DNA of 64,000 bases from Alphaproteobacteria bacterium (GCA_965242855.1 OZ251509.1:126869-190868), one strand, 5' to 3'. Shown: positions 10,785 to 20,605, counted from the first letter of the stretch. Numbers and translations are program-made. The notes: generated from the sequence alone by a model not told the origin.

Positions 10785-12557
10785 GTGGGCAGACGTAATC
10801 GAGAAAGGGACGCTCGCGCCGCTCGCAAGCCTCGTCCCCGCGAGAAACCGGCGGCCTCGCGCGCGCCTCGCGAGGCCGCGCCGGAGGCGCCGCGTCCCCT
10901 TGGGAGAATCGCGCTCCGTCTCCCCGACTTCTTCGCGTCGTCCATCGGTGAAACCCGCTGGTTCGCCCCGGCGTTGACCGCGGCCTACGCCCTGTTGCTG
11001 GCCTTCACCCTGTTCCACCATGAGATGTGGCGCGACGAGGTGCAGGCCTGGATGTTCGCGCGCGACAGCACGGGGCCGCTGGATCTGTTCCGCAACATGG
11101 AGTACGAGGCGAGCCCGATGTTGTGGCATCTGTTGCTGATGCCGATAACGCGGCTGACGTCCTCTCCGGTCGGAATGCAGCTTCTCCATCTGGCGATCGC
11201 CTCCGCCGCCATTTTCGTCGTCGCGCAGTACGCGCCGTTCGGCCCGCTTCAGAAGATATTGTTTTCCTTCGGCTATTTCCCTCTCTATGAATATGGAGTG
11301 ATGTCCCGCAACTACGCGCTCGGCCTGCTGTGCGTCGTCGTGGCGTGCGCGCTCATGCGGCGGCGTTACCGAAGGCCGCTGTGGTTGGCTCTGACGCTGG
11401 CTTTGATGAGCCACACCAGCGCCCACGCCTGCATCGTCGCCATCGGCATCCTGCTCGCCCTGATGCTCGATTTCTTTCTCAATCGCCGTGCCCTGGCGGA
11501 GGATGACGAAGTGGATGGTCGAAAACTTTACGTCGGCTTCGCCATCGCTTCCATCGTGATCCTGCTTTCGGTGCTGCAAACGATTCCGCCGGCCGATGTG
11601 ACCAAATCCGCCGGAAGTGTGACGTGGCACCATTCGTGGTTTCTGGGGTTGAGCGCGTCGTGGCTGCAAGAAATTCTGGCGTTGATCCCGTTCGCCGTCT
11701 TTTTCCCCGTCGATCCGAGGTTCGTTCCGGTGGTGGGGTTGACTCCGGAGCATCCGGAGGCGGTTTATGGCGTATTCATGGCGGTGGCGCTCGTGATTTC
11801 CGTCGTCGCTTTCTACTGGCGGAAGCCTGTCGCGCTGGCCTTGTTTCTTGGCCTCGTAGCGGGGCTGTTGGGGTTTTCCTACGTGATGCATATCGGTTCA
11901 TTCCGGCATCATGGATTCCTTCTGGTCGCGCTTCTGGTGCTGGTCTGGGGCGGAAGAGACTTGGTCGGGCGTTCCGCCGGGAGCGACGTCCGCCTCGTGG
12001 CCGGCGGAAGGTTCAAGATCGATGGAAAGCGCATAGGAAGCGTTCTGCTGACGGTTTTCCTGGCGATGCATGCGTTCGGCGGCTTGAGAGCCGTCGCTAT
12101 CGAGGTCGAGCGCCCCTTTTCCCACGGCGCGCGCGCGGCAGCGTACATCCAGGAAAACGGCCTGGAATCCCTGCCGATGATCGGTTTCCCGGACTGGTCC
12201 GCCAGCACCGTGCTCGGGCATCTGTCGCCACAAAAGCGGATCCACTACGTCCAGGGGAATCGGCAGGGCTCCTTCGTGATCTACGACGGGGCGCGGATCG
12301 GAGCCGGGCCGGGCGGCAGCACTTACATCTCGACATTGGTATCGCAAACGCACGCCCTGGCTGCCCGGAACGACGGCAAAGTGCTGATGATCCTGGCAGG
12401 CGAGCTGGAGATTCCGCCCGGTTATCGGCGTATCCGGCTGCTCGCGTCTTTCACGGGAGCCATCGCCGTGGACGAGAATTTCTTCCTGTATCTCTACGAA
12501 GCGCCCGCGGACGGGCCCGCGGGCGGGAATGAAGACACGCGCACGCCGGGCGCGTGA
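10785..12557 (+). CDS. GT-C fold membrane glycosyltransferase (ArnT/PMT-like, GT39/GT83-type), lower GC; start uncertain
   Basis: Multi-TM N-terminal region with DE motif in first loop (…HHEMWRDEVQAWMF…), then a ~200-aa soluble C-terminal domain; Arg-rich N-terminus may be over-extended. Confidence 0.5.
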   Translation: MGRRNRERDARAARKPRPREKPAASRAPREAAPEAPRPLGRIALRLPDFFASSIGETRWFAPALTAAYALLLAFTLFHHEMWRDEVQAWMFARDSTGPLDLFRNMEYEASPMLWHLLLMPITRLTSSPVGMQLLHLAIASAAIFVVAQYAPFGPLQKILFSFGYFPLYEYGVMSRNYALGLLCVVVACALMRRRYRRPLWLALTLALMSHTSAHACIVAIGILLALMLDFFLNRRALAEDDEVDGRKLYVGFAIASIVILLSVLQTIPPADVTKSAGSVTWHHSWFLGLSASWLQEILALIPFAVFFPVDPRFVPVVGLTPEHPEAVYGVFMAVALVISVVAFYWRKPVALALFLGLVAGLLGFSYVMHIGSFRHHGFLLVALLVLVWGGRDLVGRSAGSDVRLVAGGRFKIDGKRIGSVLLTVFLAMHAFGGLRAVAIEVERPFSHGARAAAYIQENGLESLPMIGFPDWSASTVLGHLSPQKRIHYVQGNRQGSFVIYDGARIGAGPGGSTYISTLVSQTHALAARNDGKVLMILAGELEIPPGYRRIRLLASFTGAIAVDENFFLYLYEAPADGPAGGNEDTRTPGA

Positions 12558-12570
12558 GGGGATCACGAGC

Positions 12571-13506
12571 ATGGCGGTTCCCGGCGACATCGCGGTTCTC
12601 GTCCCCTGTTACAACGAGGCCGCGACGGTCGCGCGGGTCGTGCGAAGCTTCCGGGAGGCGCTGCCCAAGGCGCGAATCGTCGTCTGCGACAACGGCTCCG
12701 ACGACGGCACGGCCGCCGCCGCGCGCGAAGCCGGCGCGGAAGTGCGCCACGAGGCTGCGCGCGGCAAGGGCCATGCGGTGCGGCGCCTGTTCGCCGCCCT
12801 CGAGGCCGACGCCTACGTGCTGGTGGACGGCGACGCGACCTATGACGCGCCCAGCGCCCCCGCGATGGTCCGGATGCTGCGCGAGGACCATCTGGACATG
12901 GTGGTGGCCCGCCGCCGCCCCTCCGCGGGCGCGGCGTACCGCCCCGGCCACCGCTTCGGCAACCGGCTGCTGTCCGGCGCCGTCCACCGCATGTTCGGCG
13001 ACGACGTGCGCGACATATTGTCCGGCTACCGGGTGTTTTCGCGGCGCTTCGTCAAGTCCTTCCCGGGGCGGGCCGGCGCCTTCGAGATCGAGGCCGAGCT
13101 GACGGTCCACGCGCTGCAACTGCGCCTTTCGGTGGGGGAGATGGACACGCCCTATCACCCGCGCCCGGCGGATTCGCACAGTAAGCTCGACACTTGGCGC
13201 GACGGCTTCCTCATCGCCTTCGCGATCCTCCGCCTGTTCGCCCTGGAGCGTCCGTTCCGCTTCTTCCTGGGCCTGGCGCTGGCGTTCTTCGCGGCGGCCA
13301 CCGTCCTGTTCGTGCCGGTGTTGGGCGAGTATCTGGAGACGGGGCTGGTGCCCAAGCTGCCCACCCTGGTCGTCGCCGTCGGCGGCTACGCCCTGGCCTT
13401 CATCGCCCCCATCGTCGGCCTCCTCCTCCACGCCCTCTCCATCGGCCGCCGCGAGGCCAAACGCCTCGCCTACCTCTCCGCCCGCCCCATCGCCCCCGCC
13501 GATTGA
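12571..13506 (+). CDS. GT2 polyprenyl-phosphate glycosyltransferase (ArnC/DPM1-like)
   Basis: …VLVPCYNEAATV…VVCDNGSDDGT…VLVDGDATYD… GT2 DXD/ED motifs plus C-terminal TM helices; start MAVPGD. Confidence 0.8.
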   Translation: MAVPGDIAVLVPCYNEAATVARVVRSFREALPKARIVVCDNGSDDGTAAAAREAGAEVRHEAARGKGHAVRRLFAALEADAYVLVDGDATYDAPSAPAMVRMLREDHLDMVVARRRPSAGAAYRPGHRFGNRLLSGAVHRMFGDDVRDILSGYRVFSRRFVKSFPGRAGAFEIEAELTVHALQLRLSVGEMDTPYHPRPADSHSKLDTWRDGFLIAFAILRLFALERPFRFFLGLALAFFAAATVLFVPVLGEYLETGLVPKLPTLVVAVGGYALAFIAPIVGLLLHALSIGRREAKRLAYLSARPIAPAD

Positions 13507-13509
13507 CCG

Positions 13510-13532
13510 GCGCGCCCTGGGCGCGCGGGGCG
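13510..13532. terminator. GC-rich hairpin between convergent genes (possible bidirectional terminator, no U-tract)
   Basis: ggcgcgcc ctg ggcgcgcg: 7-8 bp perfect stem with 3-nt loop, between GT2 stop (13506) and ftsY stop (13533). Confidence 0.3.
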
Positions 13533-14477
13533 CTAGGCGTCGAGGCCGAGCAGCGCGTGGGCGAAGGCGCGGGCCTCGAAGGGGCGGAGGTCGTCGGCGC
13601 CTTCGCCGATGCCCAAGGCCACCACCGGCACGCCGAAGCGGCGCGCCAGCGCCACCAGCACGCCCCCCTTCGCCGTGCCGTCGAGCTTGGTCATCGCCAG
13701 GCCGTCCACGGCGATTGCCTCGCGGAACATTTCGACCTGCCCATGCGCGTTCTGCCCGGTGGTCGCGTCGAGGACGAGAAGGCGGTTGTGCGGTGCCTGC
13801 GGGTCGAGCTTCTTCACCACCCGGTCGATCTTCCGCAGCTCCGCCATCAGATGCGCCTTGTTCTGGAGCCTGCCGGCGGTGTCGATCAGGAGCACGTCCG
13901 CCGCTTCCGCGCGTGCCCGCGCGAGCGCGTCGTAGGCGAGTCCGGCCGGGTCCCCGCCGCCGCCTTCGCGGGCCACCACCGGCGCGCCGGCGCGCGCGCC
14001 CCACGCCGCGAGCTGCTCGGCCGCCGCGGCGCGGAAGGTATCGCCCGCCGCCAGCATGACCCGCCGGCCCTCGCCGCCCAGGCGGCAGGCGAGCTTGCCG
14101 ATGGTGGTCGTCTTGCCCGTGCCGTTGACGCCGGCGACCAGGATCACGTGCGGCTTGGCGCCCGCGTCGATCTCCAGCGCCCCCTCCACGGGCGCGAGAG
14201 CGGCGGCGATCTCCCGCGCCAGCGCGCGTCGCACCTCGTCGGCGCTCGCCCGCCGGCCGAGGCCGCGCGCCTTCAGTGCCGCCGTCAGCTCGGCCGCCGT
14301 CGCGGCGCCCAGGTCGGCGGCGATCAGCAGCTCCTCCAGCCGCTCCAGCGCCGCCTCGTCGAGTGCGCCGCCGGCCAGGATCGTCCCGATGCCGGCGCTC
14401 AGGCGCCGGGAGCTCCGGTCCAGCCCCGCCTTGAGCCGCGCGAACAGGCCGCGCGCCCCGCCGTCGCCTTCGCTCAT
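13533..14477 (-). CDS. ftsY: Signal recognition particle receptor FtsY
   Basis: GVNGTGKTTTIGKLA…LLIDTAGRLQNKAHLMAELRKI…LDATTGQNA… SRP GTPase motifs; start MSEGDGG overlaps mtaB stop by 4 nt. Confidence 0.9.
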   Translation of the reverse strand: MSEGDGGARGLFARLKAGLDRSSRRLSAGIGTILAGGALDEAALERLEELLIAADLGAATAAELTAALKARGLGRRASADEVRRALAREIAAALAPVEGALEIDAGAKPHVILVAGVNGTGKTTTIGKLACRLGGEGRRVMLAAGDTFRAAAAEQLAAWGARAGAPVVAREGGGGDPAGLAYDALARARAEAADVLLIDTAGRLQNKAHLMAELRKIDRVVKKLDPQAPHNRLLVLDATTGQNAHGQVEMFREAIAVDGLAMTKLDGTAKGGVLVALARRFGVPVVALGIGEGADDLRPFEARAFAHALLGLDA

Positions 14478-15724
14478 CCGGCGGGCGTCCCCCGCAGCCC
14501 GTCGCCGGCCACGCCCGCGATGCGGACGCGCGCCACCGCCCCCGGCGCCCCCGCCGCGCGGTCGAGCGAAACCTTGGCGAAGCACTCGTCCCGCCCGAGC
14601 GCCGGCTTCTCCAGCAGCACCCGGCTTTCGCGCCCGATGCGGCCTTCAAGGAAGCGCCGGCGCGGCGCGGCGCCCGCCTCCCGCAGCCGGGCGGCGCGGG
14701 CGCGACGCTCGGCGGGGGGGACCTGCGGCATCCGCGCCGCCGGCGTGCCCGCGCGCGCCGAATAGGGGAAGACGTGGAGCCAGACCAGCCCGGCCTCCGC
14801 GACCAGCCGCCGCGTGTTCTCGAACATCGCCGGAGTCTCGGTCGGGAAGCCGGCGATCAGATCGGCGCCGAAGGCGATCTCCGGGCGCAGCGCGCGCAGA
14901 CGCCGGCAGAGGGCCAGCACGTCCGCCCGCCGGTGGCGCCGCTTCATGCGCTTGAGCACCAGGTCGTCGCCCGCCTGGACGCTCAGATGCAGATGCGGCA
15001 TCAGCCGCGGCTCCTCGGCGAAGAGCCGCTCCAGCGCCGGGTCCACCTCCACCGGGTCGATGGAGGAGAGCCGCAGTCGCTCCAGGGCGGGGACCGCCGC
15101 CAGCAGCCGCCGCGCCGTCTCGCCCAGGGAGGGCCGGCCCGGCAGGTCGCGCCCGTAATGGCCGAGATCGACTCCCGTCAGCACCGCCTCGCGGTAGCCG
15201 TTCTCCACCAGGGCGTGCAGCTGCCGGATGATCTGGCCCGGCGGCACGCTCCGGCTGGGGCCGCGGCCAAAGGGGATGACGCAGAAGGTGCAGCGATGGT
15301 CGCAGCCGTTCTGGACCTGCACGAAGGCGCGGGCGCGCCCCTCCGGACCGGCGACGGGATGGCCTGCGTTCTCCCGCGCCGCCATGATGTCGCCGACGGC
15401 GACGCGCGGCCCCGCCTCCGGCGCGAAGCGCGCGGCCTCCAGCTTCTCCCGGTTGCCGAGCACGCGGTCGACCTCGGGCATCGCGGCGTAGCGCGCCGGG
15501 TCGATCTGCGCGGCGCAGCCGGTGACGACGAGGGTGGCCTCCGGGTTGCGCCGCCGCGCCCGGCGGATGGCCTGGCGCGTTTGCCGCTCGGCCTCGGCGG
15601 TGACGGCGCAGCTGTTGACGATCACGGCGTCCGTCAGGCCGGCGGCGCGGGCGCGGGCGCGCACGATCTCCGACTCGCAGGCGTTGAGCCGGCAGCCCAG
15701 GGTGACGACCTCCGGTCCGCTCAT
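14474..15724 (-). CDS. mtaB: tRNA methylthiotransferase, MtaB/MiaB-like radical SAM
   Basis: MSGPEVVTLGCRLNACESE… (UPF0004 N-domain with 3 Cys), radical SAM core FVQVQNGCDHRCTFCVIP; the 783-aa ORF's first ~360 aa overlap dapF in another frame and are rejected; ATGA overlap with dapF stop. Confidence 0.8.
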   Translation of the reverse strand: MSGPEVVTLGCRLNACESEIVRARARAAGLTDAVIVNSCAVTAEAERQTRQAIRRARRRNPEATLVVTGCAAQIDPARYAAMPEVDRVLGNREKLEAARFAPEAGPRVAVGDIMAARENAGHPVAGPEGRARAFVQVQNGCDHRCTFCVIPFGRGPSRSVPPGQIIRQLHALVENGYREAVLTGVDLGHYGRDLPGRPSLGETARRLLAAVPALERLRLSSIDPVEVDPALERLFAEEPRLMPHLHLSVQAGDDLVLKRMKRRHRRADVLALCRRLRALRPEIAFGADLIAGFPTETPAMFENTRRLVAEAGLVWLHVFPYSARAGTPAARMPQVPPAERRARAARLREAGAAPRRRFLEGRIGRESRVLLEKPALGRDECFAKVSLDRAAGAPGAVARVRIAGVAGDGLRGTPAG

Positions 15725-16539
15725 GCCGGCAGCGTGCCCGTGAAGGCGAGGGTGGCGGCCCCCGTCATCTCGACATGGCCGTCGTCGCGCCAGCGCACGT
15801 CCAGCGTGCCGCCGTCCAGCGCCACGGCGACGGCGCGCCCCGTCAATCCGCGCCGGGCGGCGGCGACGGCGGCGGCGCAGGCGCCCGTGCCGCAGGCGCG
15901 GGTGACCCCGGCCCCGCGCTCCCAGACCCGGAGCCGCAGGCGGTCCCGGCCGACGCGCGCGGCGACGCCGATATTCGCGCGGTCGGGGAAGAGCGGATCG
16001 GTCTCCAGAGCGGGGCCGGCTTCTTCCAGCGGCACCGCGTCGGCGTCCTCCACGAAGAACACCGCGTGCGGATTGCCGACGTTGACGGCCACCGCGTCCG
16101 AGAGCGGCCCGGCCGCCACGCCCACATGCAGCGTATCCATGGCGCGGGCGAGCGGAATGGCGCGCCAGTCGAGCCGCGCGGCCCCCATGTCGACGCGCAC
16201 GGCGCCGTTCCCGCCTGCGCGGGCCACCAGCGGGCCGGCGGCGGTTTCCAGCACCACCCGGTCGCGGCCGCTTTCGTCCAGCAGCAGCCGGGCGGCGCAG
16301 CGGGTGCCGTTGCCGCAGGCCGCGACCTCGCCGCCATCGCGGTTCCAGATGCGGAGAAAGGCGTCCGCCCCGGCCCCCCGCGCCGGTTCCAGCGCGAGCA
16401 CCTGGTCGCAGCCCACGCCCGTGCGCCGGTCCGCGATGGCCCGCACCCGCGCGCGATCGAGCGCGATCCGCTCCCGCCGCCCGTCGAACACCACGAAGTC
16501 GTTCCCGAGCCCGTGCATCTTGAAAAACGCCACCCCCAT
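15721..16539 (-). CDS. dapF: Diaminopimelate epimerase
   Basis: FFKMHGLGNDFVVFD…; catalytic Cys in ACGNGTRC and TRACGTGACAA. Confidence 0.9.
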   Translation of the reverse strand: MGVAFFKMHGLGNDFVVFDGRRERIALDRARVRAIADRRTGVGCDQVLALEPARGAGADAFLRIWNRDGGEVAACGNGTRCAARLLLDESGRDRVVLETAAGPLVARAGGNGAVRVDMGAARLDWRAIPLARAMDTLHVGVAAGPLSDAVAVNVGNPHAVFFVEDADAVPLEEAGPALETDPLFPDRANIGVAARVGRDRLRLRVWERGAGVTRACGTGACAAAVAAARRGLTGRAVAVALDGGTLDVRWRDDGHVEMTGAATLAFTGTLPA

Positions 16540-16757
16540 CCCCCGGTTTATAGAGACCCCCCGCCCCCGCCGTCCACCGCCGCCGCGCGCCGCAACGTTC
16601 GGGCCGCCCTCGCCGCCGACGAGCGGAGCCAGCCTGTGGATCAGCCCTTCCGCGTCGTCGGCGAGAACGAGATCGAACAGGAAGTCCTGCTGCGATCCGG
16701 CTCGAAGCTTCGCGGTGCCGGGATCGTCGACAACGCGGACGAGGGGAGCCGGTCGTG

Positions 16758-17165
16758 CCTCGGTTTGAAATTTTCGAGGTTCGCCGCGCTATGTTGCAAA
16801 CCGAGACGCCGCCATCCCATCGCAAGGGACGACAGAATTTTTATCAGGATTCCTGGATTCCCGCTTTCGCGGGAATGACGGGGAGTAGATGCGGGAATGA
16901 CGGATCTTCGGCACCGGGCCTTGCCCCCTCGCGCCAATGGCCTTCATCGGGCCGCCATTCCCCCGCTTTCGCGGGGGCAGGCTCCGCAAGCGCGGGCCGT
17001 CATTCCCGCGAAAGCGGGAATCCATGTCGATCGATCCCGTCGGGAGCGCCTGGGTTTGACATTTTCAGGGTTTGCCGCGCCGCGAAGCGCACTATGCATA
17101 ATGCATAAATGGCGAACACAAACCCGCCCGGCACGCCATATTGCAAACCGAGACACTACCAGGGG
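16758..17165. repeat. Repeat cluster: two direct copies of a promoter-like module (ggtttgaMattttcRgg…tatRttgcaaaccgagac) flanking a set of palindromic REP-like hairpins (ttcccgctttcgcgggaa / ttcccgcgaaagcgggaa)
   Basis: Module A1 16762-16807, hairpins 16855-16881, 16889-16904, 16957-16980, 16998-17023, module A2 17053-17156 (with ~50-nt AT-richer insert). The same hairpin family recurs at 36213-36387. Confidence 0.6.
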
Positions 17166-17365
17166 GCCGTTGCGGGTGTACGTTCTCGAGGTGATCGAGG
17201 AGGAGCGGACTGTATGGTGGGCATCGGCGATCGCATGAACGGCGCCGGGATGATCGTCTTCCGCAACGGCTTTTCCCGGTCGGATTGAGAGCGCCCCACA
17301 CGCTCTCCGATCGTGGATGCGCCCTATACTGTGCTTGAACACGCGAGCGCGATCGGGGGAGAACG

Positions 17366-18307
17366 ATGGCCGAAGGCGAGGGTACGGGCCGCACGGGCGA
17401 CCGGCTCAAGCAGCTGCGGGCCTTCTGCCACGCCGCGCGGCTGGAGAGCATGTCCAAGGCGGCCGAGCGGCTGGACATCACGCAGCCCGCCGTCTCCCAG
17501 CACATCCGGGCGCTGGAGCGCGAGTTCGCGACGACCTTCTTCGAGCGCCGCGGCCCGCGCATTGCGCTGACGCCGGCGGGCGCCGGCCTCTTCCGCCTCG
17601 CCATGCCGCTGGTGCAAGGCGTGGAGCGCCTGCCGGAGACCTTCGCCGCGCACGTCAACGACGAGGTCGCGGGCGAGGTGCGCGTGCTGGCGGGACTCAC
17701 CGCCGCCACCTTCCTGCTGCCCGACTATCTCAAGCGCTTCCGGGCGGCGCACGAAGGCGTGAAGGTGACGCTGCGGACGGGGGGGCTCGCGGACGGCCTC
17801 GGCCTGCTCCACGACCGCGAGGTGGATTTCGCGCTGGGGGGGATGGAGATCGTGCCGGAGCGGCTGGAGTTCCACCCCTTCCGCACCTGCCGTTACGTGC
17901 TCATCGCCCCGCCCGGCCACCCGCTGACGGAGGGCAGCAGGACGGCCGGGCCCCGGGACATCGCCTCCTGGCCTATCGTGATGCCGGCGCGGGGGACGTC
18001 CGCGCGCGAGGCGGGCGAGCTCGCGGCCCGGCATTTCGGCGTGGCGCTGAAGGTCGCCGTGGAGACCCGAGGCTGGAGCGTCATCAAGCAGCTGGTGGAG
18101 CGCGGCATCGGCATCGCCTTCGTGCCCGACATGTGCGTGGGAGAGAGCGACGCGGTGCGCACGGTGCCGATCGAGAAGCGCGTGGCGCAGGCCATCCGCC
18201 CCTTGAGCTACGGCGTTATTCTCTCCCGCCCCGAGTTCCTGCCCCTGGCCGCCCGCCGCCTGATCCAGACCATGATCCCCACCTTCCCCGGCCCTCCGGC
18301 ATTCTGA
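17366..18307 (+). CDS. LysR-family transcriptional regulator
   Basis: N-terminal wHTH LKQLRAFCHAARLESMSKAAERLDITQPAVSQHIRALE; ~310 aa with LysR substrate-binding domain. Confidence 0.85.
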   Translation: MAEGEGTGRTGDRLKQLRAFCHAARLESMSKAAERLDITQPAVSQHIRALEREFATTFFERRGPRIALTPAGAGLFRLAMPLVQGVERLPETFAAHVNDEVAGEVRVLAGLTAATFLLPDYLKRFRAAHEGVKVTLRTGGLADGLGLLHDREVDFALGGMEIVPERLEFHPFRTCRYVLIAPPGHPLTEGSRTAGPRDIASWPIVMPARGTSAREAGELAARHFGVALKVAVETRGWSVIKQLVERGIGIAFVPDMCVGESDAVRTVPIEKRVAQAIRPLSYGVILSRPEFLPLAARRLIQTMIPTFPGPPAF

Positions 18308-18411
18308 GGGCGCCCGTTCTCCGCGGCGCGGCCCTCCCGCCCCGCGCGGCGGAGAACAAAAATGCGGGGGTGCGCTAACATGGCGGCGTAACGACGGCCA
18401 GGGAGCGCGAC

Positions 18412-20439
18412 ATGGCGGCCTATCCGCGCCTTTTCTCCGAATGGAAAATCCGCGAGACGACGATCAGGAACCGGGTCGTCTTCCCCCCCACCTGCCCGAG
18501 CTGGGTCTCGGACCCGTGGAACGGGCTCTTCACCGACATGGCCACCGCCTATTACCGCGAGCGGGCGAAGGGCGGAGTCGGGCTCATCATCATCGGCGCG
18601 GCGCATGTCCACCCGAGCTCGATCATGGCGCCGCTGCTGATGCCGCAGCTCTTCGACGACCGCCAGATCGAACCGCTCTCGCGCATCGCCCGCGCGGTCC
18701 ACGCCGAAGGCTGCAAGCTCGCCATCCAGCTCTGGCACTCGGGGGTGCGCGGCTTCCCCACCTACAAGCAGGAGGCCTCCTACGACCCGGACGCCACCTG
18801 GTACACGCTTTCGCCGAGCCAGGTGCCGCTCGGCGAGTTCCCCGGCGCCTCGACGCCGAAGGAGCTGGACGAGGACGAGATCGAGGAGCTGCTGGCGGCC
18901 TACGGGGCGGCCGCCGCGCGCGCCCTGGCCGCGGGGCTGGACGGAGTCGAGCTGCATCTGAGCCACGGCTACCTGCCCTGGCAGTTCATCTCCCCCCTCT
19001 ACAACAAGCGCACCGACCGCTGGGGCGGTTCGCCGGAGAACCGCCTGCGCTTCCCCGTCGAGGCGCTGGCGCGGATGCGCGCGGCGGCGGGCGCGGAAAA
19101 ATTCGTCGGCTACCGCATCAACTCCACCTCCTTCTGGCCCGGCGACCTCGACATCGACGACGTGCGCACCATCGTGGCCGCGATCGAGCGCCGGGCGGAC
19201 GTGGATTACGTCAACGTCTCGGCGGGCGTCCACCACGCCTTCATCCACACGCCGATGGAATTCGAGGCCGGGTGGGAGCGCGGCTACGCCCGCAAGATTC
19301 GCGAGGTGTCGTCGAAGCCGGTGCTGCTGGTGGGCCGCATCACCACGCCGGACGTGGCCGAGCGCCTGCTGGAGGCGGGCGACGGCGACGCCATCTGCCT
19401 CGCCCGCCAGCTCTTCACCGACCCGTACTGGGCGAAGAAGGCGCAGGAGAACCGCGCCGACGACATCCGCTCCTGCGTCGCCGCCAATTTCTGCTGGAAG
19501 AGCGTGAGCCGGGGCGGGCGGGTGCAATGCATCTACAACCCGGCCGTGGGCCGCGAGGCGGCGTGGGGCGAGGGCACCCTCGACCGGACGGCGCGGCCGA
19601 AACGCATCCTGGTGATCGGCGGCGGCCCGGCGGGGCTGGAATATGCGCGCATCGCCGCCGCCCGCGGGCACGCGGTGACGCTCTACGAGGCGGAAGCCGA
19701 GACCGGCGGCCACGTGCGCGTGCAGTCCCTGCTGCCGAGCCGCGCCGAATACGGCGAGATCGGCCGCTGGCTCGCGGCGCAGGCGGAGAAGAACGGCGCG
19801 ACCATCGTCACCGGCGCGCCGGTGACGGAGGAGGACCTCGACCGGGCGCTGACGGCCGTGGCTCCCGACCACGTGGTGGTGGCCACCGGATCGCGGGTGG
19901 CGGTGGACGGCTTCCAGGGCTGGACGGGCGAGGCGCTGCCGGGCTGGGAGACGGGCAATTGCGTGGGCTGGGACGAGGTGGCGCTCGCGCGGGCGAAGCC
20001 GCGCGGCAAGGTCATGGTGCTGGACGACCTGTGCGACGTGGTGGCCCCGCTGACGGCCGTCGCCGCCAGGGAAGGCGGCGCAGACGCGGTGACCCTGGTC
20101 ACGCGCTGGCCGATGGTCGGCATGGAGACCATCCTCGACGTCTATCTCGACTGGATCCTGCCGAAGCTCTACCGCGCCGGCGTGGAGGTGTGCGTGGACC
20201 ACTTCGTGCGCCGCATCGCGGGCCGGGAGGTCACGCTCTACAACGTCCACCACGAGGAGGCGGAGCGCGTGCTGGAGGCGGACTGGATCGTCATGGCGAC
20301 GGGCCGGCGCTCGGAGAACGGCCTCGGCAAAGCGGTGGCCGCCCGCGGCCTCTCCGTCGAGACCATCGGCGACGCCACCGCCCCCCGCTCCGCCTACGAG
20401 GCGGTCTACGAGGGTCACCGCCAAGCCCGCAAAATCTGA
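18412..20439 (+). CDS. Old-yellow-enzyme-type FMN oxidoreductase fused to FAD/NAD(P)-binding domain (2,4-dienoyl-CoA reductase-like family)
   Basis: 675 aa; OYE TIM-barrel N-half (…HGYLPWQFISPLYNKRTDRWGGSPENR…), C-half Rossmann VIGGGPAGLEYA; only a partial Cys cluster (C-x5-C-x11-C). Confidence 0.75.
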   Translation: MAAYPRLFSEWKIRETTIRNRVVFPPTCPSWVSDPWNGLFTDMATAYYRERAKGGVGLIIIGAAHVHPSSIMAPLLMPQLFDDRQIEPLSRIARAVHAEGCKLAIQLWHSGVRGFPTYKQEASYDPDATWYTLSPSQVPLGEFPGASTPKELDEDEIEELLAAYGAAAARALAAGLDGVELHLSHGYLPWQFISPLYNKRTDRWGGSPENRLRFPVEALARMRAAAGAEKFVGYRINSTSFWPGDLDIDDVRTIVAAIERRADVDYVNVSAGVHHAFIHTPMEFEAGWERGYARKIREVSSKPVLLVGRITTPDVAERLLEAGDGDAICLARQLFTDPYWAKKAQENRADDIRSCVAANFCWKSVSRGGRVQCIYNPAVGREAAWGEGTLDRTARPKRILVIGGGPAGLEYARIAAARGHAVTLYEAEAETGGHVRVQSLLPSRAEYGEIGRWLAAQAEKNGATIVTGAPVTEEDLDRALTAVAPDHVVVATGSRVAVDGFQGWTGEALPGWETGNCVGWDEVALARAKPRGKVMVLDDLCDVVAPLTAVAAREGGADAVTLVTRWPMVGMETILDVYLDWILPKLYRAGVEVCVDHFVRRIAGREVTLYNVHHEEAERVLEADWIVMATGRRSENGLGKAVAARGLSVETIGDATAPRSAYEAVYEGHRQARKI

Positions 20440-20605
20440 AGCTTTCAGGGGCGCTGCCGGCGCCGGGTGCATGGATATCGAATCGACGCCTCGAAACACC
20501 CGGCAGAAACCCGGAGCCTTCGATCACGACACCCATCCATGGCAAGGCACGGACAGAAAACCCTGTGCAGAAGCCTCTGCGCGCCAAACGCATGGGAAAG
20601 GCGCG

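Noticed and set aside
12451-16768. ORFs 12451..14649(-), 13194..14765(+), 14774..16768(+) overlapping GT2/ftsY/mtaB/dapF
   Set aside because: Low-complexity translations in alternative frames of confidently assigned genes; high-GC frame artefacts.
14474-16825. 783-aa ORF interpreted as a single giant protein
   Set aside because: Only the last ~416 codons (from MSGPEVV) form the MtaB-like protein. The upstream 360 codons overlap dapF in a different frame and are Arg/Gly-rich nonsense.
16755-17108. Small ORFs inside the repeat clusters (16755..17108, 16789..17025, 36047..36436, 35915..36544) encoding recurring peptides (IPAFAGMTG, RESGNP)
   Set aside because: They arise from translation of palindromic REP-like repeats in both orientations. 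The repeated peptide motifs reflect DNA repeats, not a protein family.
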